From: Spirochaetia bacterium
GTDB taxonomy: Bacteria > Spirochaetota > Leptospiria > Turneriellales > JAOUOS01
Direction of reading: 5' to 3'
DNA: 64,000 nt
NCBI GenBank assembly: GCA_029880285.1
Contig: JAOUOS010000009.1
Span: 871 to 64,870, forward strand
Position numbers and translations under genes: made by a program. The notes below the pieces were generated by a model. The model was not told where the DNA came from. It was given only the letters and a program-made list of their open reading frames with translations, and ran no database searches. Shown here one piece after another: positions 9,201 through 17,867 of the stretch. Each line of letters starts with the position of its first letter. The first letter of the stretch is position 1.

Positions 9201-9938
9201 ATGAAAATAAAACTAAAAAATATGCTGGCTGTATTTTTAATTCTACCAGCACTGGCATTTGCCGATGAAAAAGGCCGTCAAATTATGGAAAAAAATGACG
9301 CGTTAAAAGAGCCCGACACTAGAAAAGGTGTTTCGGTTATGGTTGTTATGAAAGGAGACAGCAAAGAATTAAAAGAATTTGAAATGGTTTCAAAAAAATA
9401 CGGTAAAAAAACTCGATCACGTTCCACATTTTTAAAGCCAACCAGAATTGAATTCTTAAGCTGGTCTGAACCCGGTGAAGACTCTTTACAATGGATTAAA
9501 CTTTCAGGCGGCACAGTAAGAAAAATAGCCTCATCTGATAAAGGCGGTTCTTTTGTTGGCTCTCATTTTTACTACGAAGACATGCAAGATAGAGATATTG
9601 ACGATTTTAACTATAAATATCTTGGTGATGAAAAAGTAAACGGTGAAGATTGTTTTAAAGTAGAATCGGTCAAGAAAAAGGGAACAAAAGTTTACGTAAA
9701 AACAATTGTTTATATAAGAAAGTCAGATTACTTTATGATAAAAGCTGATTTTTATGAAAATAAAGGCCACACAAAAATTCTTGAGGTAGATAAAATTGAA
9801 ACCATCGACGGAATTTTAACCGCCCGAAAAATTACTATGTCAAGAACAGACGGAAAGGGTAAAAGTATAATTTATATTAAAGAGGTGGATTATAATAAGT
9901 CAGTCTCAGATGAATTTCTAAAGAAAGAATCTTTATAA
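9201..9938 (+). CDS. Outer-membrane lipoprotein-sorting protein (LolA-like)
   Basis: Signal peptide, VRKIASSDKGGSFVGSHFYYED motif, typical partner of MMPL genes. Confidence 0.88.
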   Translation: MKIKLKNMLAVFLILPALAFADEKGRQIMEKNDALKEPDTRKGVSVMVVMKGDSKELKEFEMVSKKYGKKTRSRSTFLKPTRIEFLSWSEPGEDSLQWIKLSGGTVRKIASSDKGGSFVGSHFYYEDMQDRDIDDFNYKYLGDEKVNGEDCFKVESVKKKGTKVYVKTIVYIRKSDYFMIKADFYENKGHTKILEVDKIETIDGILTARKITMSRTDGKGKSIIYIKEVDYNKSVSDEFLKKESL

Positions 9939-9943
9939 ATATA

Positions 9944-9965
9944 TAGCTATGGATTTACATAGCTA
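9944..9965. repeat. Palindrome copy 1 (TAGCTATG-GATTTA-CATAGCTA)
   Basis: Core 9946-9963 matches GCTATGGATTTCCATAGC at 17/18 positions. Confidence 0.85.
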
Positions 9966-10019
9966 AAAAAATTTATTGAAAAGTGGTATGTTTTAAATTT
10001 TTAGGGGTATTACATTAAT

Positions 10020-10535
10020 ATGAAATGTAGAAAACAACCACACTGGGTAAAAACAGAAATTAAAAATATTTGGGAAGTACATTTGGATAAATCCATCTGG
10101 AAAAAGGTAAAATTAGCGGCTAAAATACATAATAAAACATATTCATGGATTGTTCGATACTGTGTTTTTAAGTTAGCTAACAAGAAAAGCCTCCAATGGA
10201 CAAACGAATTGTTGAATATTAATTATAAACTAAAAATGAACGAAATACAAACAAAACACCGTCATATGCTTTGTTTATACGGCGACGATGAAATATTATT
10301 AAGAAATAGTGCTTTAATATTAGGTATTAGTATTTCTAAGCTTATACGAATTTCAATAATTTTATATTTAGAAAAGTTTTTTCAAAACAAAGTTAACAAA
10401 AAAGAATTATTCTGGTACGGTATAAAGTTATTTTCGAAAATAAAAAAATTTAGGAGTCTGAAAAATAATTTAATTGCTATGGATTTCCATAGCCATAAAA
10501 AATTCCTAATAGAAGAATATTGGGGATTTCAATAA
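10020..10535 (+). CDS. Putative tandem ribbon-helix-helix DNA-binding protein (Leptospira DUF1564-like)
   Basis: Two beta-alpha-alpha-like repeats: WEVHLDKSIWKKVKLAAKIHNKTYSWIVRYCV and RHMLCLYGDDEILLRNSALILGISISKLIRISI. Family assignment is inferred. Confidence 0.55.
   Translation: MKCRKQPHWVKTEIKNIWEVHLDKSIWKKVKLAAKIHNKTYSWIVRYCVFKLANKKSLQWTNELLNINYKLKMNEIQTKHRHMLCLYGDDEILLRNSALILGISISKLIRISIILYLEKFFQNKVNKKELFWYGIKLFSKIKKFRSLKNNLIAMDFHSHKKFLIEEYWGFQ
10476..10493. repeat. Palindrome copy 2 GCTATGGATTTCCATAGC (inside the RHH gene, encodes AMDFHS)
   Basis: Exact match to the copy at 12133-12150. Confidence 0.9.
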
Positions 10536-10556
10536 CCAAAAACCCGGAGAAATAAA

Positions 10557-11963
10557 ATGAAACATTTTTTAATTTTTGCATTACTTGTACTAAATCTATC
10601 GGCGCAGGGGGTTTCTGAAGAAGAGATGGACTCTCTTTTTTTAGAGGGTAAAGAAAACGAGACTCTTTCGGTACCTGAGTCTTCTTCAAAGTGGGATTTT
10701 TTTGGTTATTTTGAAAGTGAAAATTTTTTTTCAATCAGCAGACAGCTTGGTGGTAAAAACCCCGCAGAAAGCGATATTGTAAAAATAGAAACAAGAGCCC
10801 GAATAAACAGTAAATATGGCACCGATTTTTTTTACGGCAAGGCCTCGGCAGACATTTATTTTTATCCGGTTTATTATGCCGCTGTTAATCCGCAAAACTC
10901 TGGTGAAATAGATGCTTATGAATTATATATAGCCGCCGGAGAAAAATTACAGTTTAAAATAGGCAAACAGGTTTTCAACTGGGGCAGTGCCGATGCTTTC
11001 AGGGTAGTAAACTACGCTGATCAAAGAGATTTGCGTGAAATGTTTTTGAAAGAAGAAGACGAAAGGTATCGCGGAGTTTTCGCGCTCGATTTTAAATATA
11101 TTTTTTCAGATTTTAGTATAGAAACTTTTTTTATACCTGTTCCGGCAAAACCGCTTTTACCGGCCGAAAAAAGTTTTTGGGCGCTTCAACCTGAAAATGA
11201 AAGCGAAATGCCGGTTAAAATGGATATGAGTGAATCTGAAAAATTATTATTAAAAAATGGGGCTTTTGCGGTAAGAAGCGGAGGTACTTTTGGTTTTCTT
11301 GATATTTATTTAAGTTATTTTCACGGACAAAATAATAGTATTGTTTTTTATCCTCAAATTACTATTGATATGGCTACTCAGGCCCCCGCATCTGTTATTA
11401 TCAAACCCGATTTTTCAAAAGTAAATAAAGCGGGTGTCGATTTAGCGTTTAGCATAGAAAAGCTCGCCTTAAGAGCCGAGGCCGTGTATACGCATGATCA
11501 AACCGCGGTCTATAAAGATGAAAATGAAACAACAGTAATTAATACCGATATGACCGCGAATGAAATGACTCTTGAAAAAAACCGCGAAAAGACGCAATAT
11601 TTTTCATATACGACAGGTGCCGACTATAACATCTGGGGCAGTAACGGTAGACTTTTAATTGAATACGCGTCATCTTTCTATATTAAAAATTCTAATAAAT
11701 ATGAAGAAGAATTTTTCAGTAATTTTCTTCTTATTTCATTAGAAGACCGCTTTTTTAACGAATATCTTGAACTAAAAGCCATGTCTATTTTAAGGCTTGC
11801 CAATGATGTCGCATACATTCCCGGTTTAACTATTACCTACAATTTTCAAAACGGCCTAAAGCTTACGGGCGGCCTTATGCTTATATATGGTTATCAAGAC
11901 GATATGCTTTCTATGTTTGATAATCATGATATCGCCTATTTTAGAGCCAGAATGGATTTTTAG
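10557..11963 (+). CDS. Outer-membrane beta-barrel protein (DUF1302-like), partner of MMPL/LolA-like genes
   Basis: Signal peptide, IGKQVFNWGSAD motif, amphipathic strands, C-terminal Phe (ARMDF). Confidence 0.75.
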   Translation: MKHFLIFALLVLNLSAQGVSEEEMDSLFLEGKENETLSVPESSSKWDFFGYFESENFFSISRQLGGKNPAESDIVKIETRARINSKYGTDFFYGKASADIYFYPVYYAAVNPQNSGEIDAYELYIAAGEKLQFKIGKQVFNWGSADAFRVVNYADQRDLREMFLKEEDERYRGVFALDFKYIFSDFSIETFFIPVPAKPLLPAEKSFWALQPENESEMPVKMDMSESEKLLLKNGAFAVRSGGTFGFLDIYLSYFHGQNNSIVFYPQITIDMATQAPASVIIKPDFSKVNKAGVDLAFSIEKLALRAEAVYTHDQTAVYKDENETTVINTDMTANEMTLEKNREKTQYFSYTTGADYNIWGSNGRLLIEYASSFYIKNSNKYEEEFFSNFLLISLEDRFFNEYLELKAMSILRLANDVAYIPGLTITYNFQNGLKLTGGLMLIYGYQDDMLSMFDNHDIAYFRARMDF

Positions 11964-12134
11964 CGCAATAATATGCGATTTATTAATAAAGTACTGGCGA
12001 AATAGGCCAAGTGTATTTCTAATATTGCCAAACGCGTTATCGGCTGTTTTCATATCTCCCTTTTTTAGTTCTTTAATATCAACATTCAATTTCATTAGAA
12101 ACTTGTGAAACTCCTCATGGCCTATGCCGGTGGC
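11962..12134 (-). pseudogene. Possible 5'-truncated gene remnant (helical, ATGIGHEEFHKFL...LGLFRQYF)
   Basis: The open frame extends upstream of ORF 11856..12095 through the palindrome to a stop. It resembles the C-terminal half of small DnrO-like proteins (from memory, unverified). Confidence 0.3.
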
Positions 12135-12166
12135 TATGGATTTCCATAGCTGTCATAAAAATGACA
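12133..12166. repeat. Palindrome copy 3 GCTATGGATTTCCATAGC plus adjacent hairpin TGTCAT-AAAA-ATGACA
   Basis: Exact 18-bp match to 10476-10493, followed directly by a second inverted repeat. Confidence 0.9.
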
Positions 12167-12279
12167 AAAAAAATGGAAAAAATATAAATAGATACTTATA
12201 ATTATTATAGGTATTAAATGAATACTTTCTTTAAATTATGATCAACTTTGATTATAAAATAAAATCTTAAGGAGAGTGT

Positions 12280-12315
12280 ATGGGCGATTTACGAAGTTTT
12301 TTGAAAGTTTCGTAA
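12280..12315 (+). CDS. Candidate leader peptide MGDLRSFLKVS
   Basis: Strong SD AAGGAG before the ATG. Overlaps the 5' arm of a 13-bp stem (12288-12300 with 12359-12371). Confidence 0.4.
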   Translation: MGDLRSFLKVS

Positions 12316-12399
12316 CAGTTCACTATTTCGTCAAATAAAATATAAATTGATGCTTCTGAAAACTTCGTAAAACGCGAAATAATTTTTAAGGAGCAAAAT

Positions 12400-15132
12400 A
12401 TGAAAAAGTGCTTAATGTTAACGGCATTGGTTATTAGCGCTTTTGTATTCTTGGGTTGTACCATTGAAGGTCTTGGAGATATAGGTATTACCCCTACCCC
12501 CACTGAAAATTGCGGCAACGGATCAATTGAAGGTACAGAAGTATGCGATGACGGCAATGCTATAACTGAAACAAAATGCGATTACGGTACCGAAACCTGC
12601 ACGGCTTGCGACGCTTCATGCAAGAATGTATTAAATTTAACAGGTTTATACTGTGGCGACGGCGTATGCTCAGCTAATTTTGAAAATGACACAGCTTGTC
12701 CCGCTGATTGTTTCGCAGCTAATCCTGTATGCGGCGATGGTATCGCAGAAGGCGCTGAAGTTTGCGACGATGGTAACACAATTACAGAAACCGCTTGCGC
12801 TTATGGTACAGAAACTTGTACCTTCTGTAACAATTTATGCGATACAGAGCTATTTTTTACAGGTGAATTCTGCGGTGACGGAACATGTAACGGCCCAGAA
12901 GATACCGCTTCATGCCTAACAGATTGTCCAACAACATGCGGCGATGGTATTGTAGAAGGCGCAGAAGTTTGCGACGATGCTAACACAATTACAGAAACTG
13001 CATGCGCTTATGGTACAGAAACTTGTATCTTCTGTAACGATATGTGTAATACCGAGCTATTTCTTTCAGGTGATTTCTGCGGTGATGGTGCCTGCAACGG
13101 TCCTGAAGATACTAATTCTTGCCTAACAGATTGCCCAACAACATGCGGCGATGGTGTATGTAATGGAACAGAAACTTATGGAACTTGTTCTACAGATTGT
13201 CCTGATGGTGACAATACCTATGAAAGCGCAACAAGTATTGCTGTAGGCAGCAGTGCGGTGGGTTTTATTGATACGTTTGGCGATCATGATTACTTTTCGG
13301 TTACTATGGCAGCTGACCAGACAATTGTAATTACCACTGATGACGGCAATGGCTGTAATCAATTTGATACCGAACTGTATCTTTTTGATTCAGACGGCAT
13401 AACCCAGTTAAGTATGAATGATGATTATACAGGCTTATGTTCACAAATTACCTATACAAATACATCAGGAGCTGTAAAAACAGTTTACTTTTATATTGCC
13501 CATTATGCTGATAACAACACTGGTGCATATACTGTAGCTGTTATTATGCCCGTAGTTTGCGGCGATGGTATTGTAGAAGGCGCCGAAGTTTGCGACGACG
13601 GCAACACAATTACAGAGACCGCTTGCGCCTATGGCACAGCAAGTTGTACCGCTTGTAACGCGGCTTGTTCCAGTGTATTAACCTTAGCTGGCATGTATTG
13701 CGGTGATGGCACATGTAACGCGGGTTACGAAGACACTGCTTCTTGTGCTGTTGACTGCCCCGCGGCAGATACATCCCCGCCTGTGTTTAGCAACATATAT
13801 TACACCGGCGCAGGTTCAGGAGCCGGTGGAGCATTCACTGTTGGTGATACTATTACTTTATTTGCTGATGTTACCGATGCCTCAGGCGTGTCTTTCGCAG
13901 AATTGTATGTGTTTCAGGCAGATCTAATGAATTATGCAGGTTACTGTAACGCGTCTTTAATAGGCGGCAATACATATTCCTGCGCCATTACGGTACCCGC
14001 GGGATACATACCAAACGGTACAGAACACATACTGCCTTACGCGATGGATGTATTAGGTTACGCCGACTATTACTATTTTGATACATATGTATCGTCAACC
14101 TATTACACCCGTTACTGGGATGGCACTATGACAACAATACCAATAGTATTAGTACCTATGACAGAGCCCGCTGTTTGCGGCAACGGAGTTATCGAAGGCG
14201 CAGAAGCCTGTGACGACGGCAATACAATCAGTAACGACGGCTGTTCATCTGTTTGTCAATTTGATACAGATACAACACCGGCTGCGTATAGTAATATTTA
14301 TTACACCGGAACAGGTTCAGGAACCGGCGGAGCCTTTATAGAAGGTGACACTATTACATTGTATGCTGATGTAACCGATTTTTCAGGAATATCGTCTGTT
14401 ACTTTATATGTTTATCAGGCTGATATTTTCGATTATCCCGGTTACTGTACCGCAGCCTTAATAGGCGGTGATACATACTCATGCAGCTTTACGATTTCAG
14501 CGGGTTACGTGCCTAATGGCACTGAACATATAATAGTAGCCGCAACAGATAGCGCGGGTAACTATGAATTTTACTATTATGATACGGCCGTATCGTCAAT
14601 ATACTATACAATGTATTTTGCGGGTATGGTCACAACAACTCCTATCGTTTTTGTGCCAATTACAGAAGCTGTTACTTACGTAAAAACTGGCGATTACGTT
14701 GAATACGCGAACACTAGCGGTTTCAGCGCCAACTATTTATTGGGCCAAAAGGTTACTGTATCTTCAAATATGACATTAACCCATATGGGCTTAATAACTA
14801 AAGCGGCCAGCGCCGCGGGACAATGGGCGCTTTATACCAATAATACCGATTTACCCGGTACATTAATAGCGAATACGGCGCAGCATTCTGTATTAATGGG
14901 CGACCAAATGTACGCCATAGTTCAGGGCAGTGTTTCACTAAGCGCTGGAACTTACTGGATTATGGGTGTATATAATCCCAGTGCTTCTATGGCTGTAGAT
15001 ACAACAGTAACAACAAATAAAATAGCCTATATATCGTTTGGTTTTGGCGGCGCGTTACCTGCCACTTTTCCCAATCCAAGCGTATACAACGGCACTCGCT
15101 TCAATTACTATTTATACGGTACAAGTCCGTAA
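12400..15132 (+). CDS. Cysteine-rich modular surface lipoprotein 1 (Myxococcus-type Cys repeats, PPC-like domain, two Ig-like modules, distinct C-terminal domain)
   Basis: Lipobox FLGC, repeated CG(D/N)GxxEGxExCDDGN (DUF4215-type), DHDYFSV...DTELYLFD PPC-like domain, DTxPP-initiated Ig-like modules. Confidence 0.88.
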   Translation: MKKCLMLTALVISAFVFLGCTIEGLGDIGITPTPTENCGNGSIEGTEVCDDGNAITETKCDYGTETCTACDASCKNVLNLTGLYCGDGVCSANFENDTACPADCFAANPVCGDGIAEGAEVCDDGNTITETACAYGTETCTFCNNLCDTELFFTGEFCGDGTCNGPEDTASCLTDCPTTCGDGIVEGAEVCDDANTITETACAYGTETCIFCNDMCNTELFLSGDFCGDGACNGPEDTNSCLTDCPTTCGDGVCNGTETYGTCSTDCPDGDNTYESATSIAVGSSAVGFIDTFGDHDYFSVTMAADQTIVITTDDGNGCNQFDTELYLFDSDGITQLSMNDDYTGLCSQITYTNTSGAVKTVYFYIAHYADNNTGAYTVAVIMPVVCGDGIVEGAEVCDDGNTITETACAYGTASCTACNAACSSVLTLAGMYCGDGTCNAGYEDTASCAVDCPAADTSPPVFSNIYYTGAGSGAGGAFTVGDTITLFADVTDASGVSFAELYVFQADLMNYAGYCNASLIGGNTYSCAITVPAGYIPNGTEHILPYAMDVLGYADYYYFDTYVSSTYYTRYWDGTMTTIPIVLVPMTEPAVCGNGVIEGAEACDDGNTISNDGCSSVCQFDTDTTPAAYSNIYYTGTGSGTGGAFIEGDTITLYADVTDFSGISSVTLYVYQADIFDYPGYCTAALIGGDTYSCSFTISAGYVPNGTEHIIVAATDSAGNYEFYYYDTAVSSIYYTMYFAGMVTTTPIVFVPITEAVTYVKTGDYVEYANTSGFSANYLLGQKVTVSSNMTLTHMGLITKAASAAGQWALYTNNTDLPGTLIANTAQHSVLMGDQMYAIVQGSVSLSAGTYWIMGVYNPSASMAVDTTVTTNKIAYISFGFGGALPATFPNPSVYNGTRFNYYLYGTSP
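12730..13160 (+). repeat. 207-bp (69 aa) tandem repeat within lipoprotein 1
   Basis: Units start at 12730, 12937 and 13144 (third partial). A related copy starts at 13558. Confidence 0.85.
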
Positions 15133-15161
15133 TATAAACATACAGATATTAAGAATGTTAT

Positions 15162-15191
15162 AAGGGGAAGTCTCAAACTTCCCTTTTTTTT
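15162..15191 (+). terminator. Rho-independent terminator of lipoprotein 1
   Basis: AAGGGGAAGT-CTCAA-ACTTCCCTTT followed by a T run. Confidence 0.85.
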
Positions 15192-15222
15192 ATTTATTGG
15201 CCGGCAAGGGCGTTCCGCCTTA

Positions 15223-15309
15223 AAAACAACAAAAAATACAAAAAAAAGAGAAAAATTACATTTTTTTGTTTACATTTTTAACCGACATTGTAATATGTCA
15301 CAAAATGTG
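15223..15309 (+). promoter_or_regulatory. Duplicated 87-bp promoter block, copy A
   Basis: One mismatch to 17606-17692. TTTACA-N16-TAATAT with GACAT/ATGTC inverted repeat over the -10. Confidence 0.8.
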
Positions 15310-15500
15310 CAGAGTAAATTAAAAAATTACGAAAACACAATAAATTAAACAATAAATTAAATGAGAAGGTCTGAAAAATCTTACGACAATGCGACAAATA
15401 GTATATATCTTAGATTTATAAAGTTTCAAAATCAACGGTTTATTCTATAAATTTTATTCTTAATATTTTTTATTTTCTTCTCATAATATAAGGAGTATAA

Positions 15501-17102
15501 ATGATGAAAAAACGACTAATAATAATAGCGCTCATGTTCAGCGCTTTTATCTATATGGGTTGTCAAATAGAAGGTCTTTCTGTAGGCGGAACCTGTAACA
15601 ATAATGGTTTATGCGATAGCGGCGAAACTACCGCTTCATGCGCCGCAGATTGTCCTGTAAATAATACTGACAATACCGACAATACCGACAATACTGACAA
15701 TACAACAACGGCTGTTTGCGGCAATGGTGTAATAGAAGGGACTGAAGCATGCGACGAAGGCAGCGAAACCAGTACTTGCACGGCCCTATGTCAAGTTAAA
15801 GGCCCAAGCGGTGAAGTTTGTGGTGATGGTATACATGAAGGCATTGAAGTCTGTGACGATAGTAATACGGTTACTGAAACCAATGCAGACTGTGCTTATA
15901 ATACAACTTGTACAGATTACTGTAACAGTGACTGTACTACAGCATTAACACTAACCGGTGGTTATTGCGGCGACGGTATAATAAATGGGCCCGAAGAATG
16001 CGATGGCGAGGCAGATTGTGCAGGTGATTGTACCATTATTGCAGGCGGCGCTGACACAACACCACCAACCATTACTAATATTAATTTCTCAGGCACTATT
16101 GCCATGGGCAATTATGTATTAGTAACTGCAGATATTACAGATGCGTCAGGCATTGGCAATATTGGCTGGTTTAATTTATACGATGATTATGGTAATTGGC
16201 TAGGTGATTGTTCACCATACTTTTTTACCGGCAACACCTATGGCTGTGATATCTATGTTTATAATACTCCGGCAATTTCATATGGGTATGTTGAAATTTA
16301 TGCTGAAGATACATACATGAACGGGATCTACGGTTATGGTTACTGGTCAGGCGGCGGCGGTGATGTTTGCGGCGACGGCGCATGCACAGGTACTGAAACA
16401 AATGCAACATGCGCGGCAGACTGCTCGGCAGACACAACACCACCTGGCATTTCTGGTATTGGTTTTTACGGCACGCCAACAGGTGCTGGAGGCGCATATA
16501 TGATGGATGATTCAATTACCATGTACGCCACAGTCACTGATGAATCAGGTGTTGGATATGTATGGTTATCACTTTATGACGATTTCTGGTATAATTTAGC
16601 AGGGTGCTATGCTTTTGATATGGGCGGCGGTTACTATGAGTGCTCAACGACAATAAGTATCTTACCAGCTACAACATCAGGATTTATTGAGGTATTCGCC
16701 CAAGATAGTTCAGCAAATTGGAATTATACTTGGGAGTACTCTGCTTCTATTGTGCTGTTAGATACAACATTTGTACCACCCGCTACCATTGGAACCCTTA
16801 CCGCAAATGGAGGCTGGTATTCATATTCACTAGCTCAAATTGAATACGTGCAGGTTAATGTAACTGCTGGAACTTCATACACAGTATACTGGGACGATAG
16901 CTGTTGTGATGGTTCTGGTGCTTATACAGCAGATATTGCAGCCAGCGCTTATAATCCCGATGGATCTTCCATTTTTACATTCGAGGATTCTGGATATATG
17001 TATGGGTATTCGTTTACAGCAAGTCAAACGGGTTATGTTTATATTAAACTTGATCCCTACTGGTCAACTGGTACTGTAGGGGTTCAGGTAACCAGTCCGT
17101 AA
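15501..17102 (+). CDS. Cysteine-rich modular surface lipoprotein 2
   Basis: Lipobox YMGC, CG(N/D)G...ExCD repeats, two divergent DTTPP Ig-like modules, C-terminal YTVYWDDS..GSG.YT.DI PPC-like domain. Confidence 0.88.
   Translation: MMKKRLIIIALMFSAFIYMGCQIEGLSVGGTCNNNGLCDSGETTASCAADCPVNNTDNTDNTDNTDNTTTAVCGNGVIEGTEACDEGSETSTCTALCQVKGPSGEVCGDGIHEGIEVCDDSNTVTETNADCAYNTTCTDYCNSDCTTALTLTGGYCGDGIINGPEECDGEADCAGDCTIIAGGADTTPPTITNINFSGTIAMGNYVLVTADITDASGIGNIGWFNLYDDYGNWLGDCSPYFFTGNTYGCDIYVYNTPAISYGYVEIYAEDTYMNGIYGYGYWSGGGGDVCGDGACTGTETNATCAADCSADTTPPGISGIGFYGTPTGAGGAYMMDDSITMYATVTDESGVGYVWLSLYDDFWYNLAGCYAFDMGGGYYECSTTISILPATTSGFIEVFAQDSSANWNYTWEYSASIVLLDTTFVPPATIGTLTANGGWYSYSLAQIEYVQVNVTAGTSYTVYWDDSCCDGSGAYTADIAASAYNPDGSSIFTFEDSGYMYGYSFTASQTGYVYIKLDPYWSTGTVGVQVTSP
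15663..15703 (+). repeat. 9-bp in-frame tandem repeat (AATACYGAC)x4.5 encoding an NTD linker
   Basis: aatactgac aataccgac aataccgac aatactgac aatac. Confidence 0.9.
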
Positions 17103-17127
17103 CATAAAAAAAGTAAATGGAACAACT

Positions 17128-17156
17128 AAAAAAGCCGGCTTATGCCGGCTTTTTTT
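17128..17156 (+). terminator. Rho-independent terminator of lipoprotein 2
   Basis: AAAAAAGCCGGC-TTAT-GCCGGCTTTTTTT, identical to 20912-20940. Confidence 0.92.
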
Positions 17157-17394
17157 ATTTTTGTATCCATAACTCTTTGTAAAAACACATCTCTTAATGA
17201 TCGCGAAAGTGGGTAACAATTACTTGCATAATATATTCTCAATTGACGCGAAAAGTCATTCCGTTGCCCGTTTTCAAATGCACAATACTTGATGCAAAAT
17301 CTCTTGAAATTTTTCTACTAATAAATTCCCGTACCGCATTACCCGCGAAAGCTGGTATAAGTAAAGAAATCAGGGAAAAACCCACCCGACCACA

Positions 17395-17463
17395 GTCATT
17401 CCCGCTCCGCACCTAAGCCTGTGCCCGCGAAAGCGGGTACGGCATAAACTCCAGCGGGAATCT
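17395..17463 (+). repeat. REP/MITE-like palindromic element with a nested hairpin insertion
   Basis: Outer GTCATTCCCGCT...AGCGGGAATC with inner GTGCCCGCGAAAGCGGGTAC (17421-17440). Degenerate relatives near 17199 and 17325-17357. Confidence 0.75.
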
Positions 17464-17605
17464 ATAATTAACCCATCATACACGGCTAGCATTTTAAAAA
17501 AAATGGAAAAAATACACATGCTTTATTATATTTTAATAGATCTGAAAAAGTTTACACCTATCAAGTAATGCAAATGTTTTCTATACCGTTACATAATAAG
17601 GCAAG

Positions 17606-17692
17606 AAAACAACAAAAAATACAAAAAAAAGAAAAAAATTACATTTTTTTGTTTACATTTTTAACCGACATTGTAATATGTCACAAAATGTG
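17606..17692 (+). promoter_or_regulatory. Duplicated 87-bp promoter block, copy B
   Basis: One mismatch to 15223-15309. Confidence 0.8.
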
Positions 17693-17740
17693 TGAAGTAA
17701 TTTAAAAATTGCGAAAACACAATAAATTTAACGGGAGGGT

Positions 17741-17848
17741 ATGAAAATTTTCATGAAAAATAGAATATTTCATAGGTCTAAAAAGTTTCAAAATAAACAG
17801 TTTATTCTATTAATTTTATTCGTAAAATTTTTTCTGCTCATCCAATAA
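17741..17848 (+). CDS. Candidate 35-aa upstream ORF MKIFMKNRIFHRSKKFQNKQFILLILFVKFFLLIQ
   Basis: SD GGGAGG directly upstream. A related frame at 15361-15450 shares KFQN(K/Q)(Q/R)FIL. Confidence 0.3.
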   Translation: MKIFMKNRIFHRSKKFQNKQFILLILFVKFFLLIQ

Positions 17849-17867
17849 CAAAAAAGGAGTAAAAAAT

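Noticed and set aside
9944-12166. CRISPR array from the thrice-repeated palindrome
   Set aside because: Spacing is about 530 and 1650 bp, the repeat is only 18 bp and there are no cas genes
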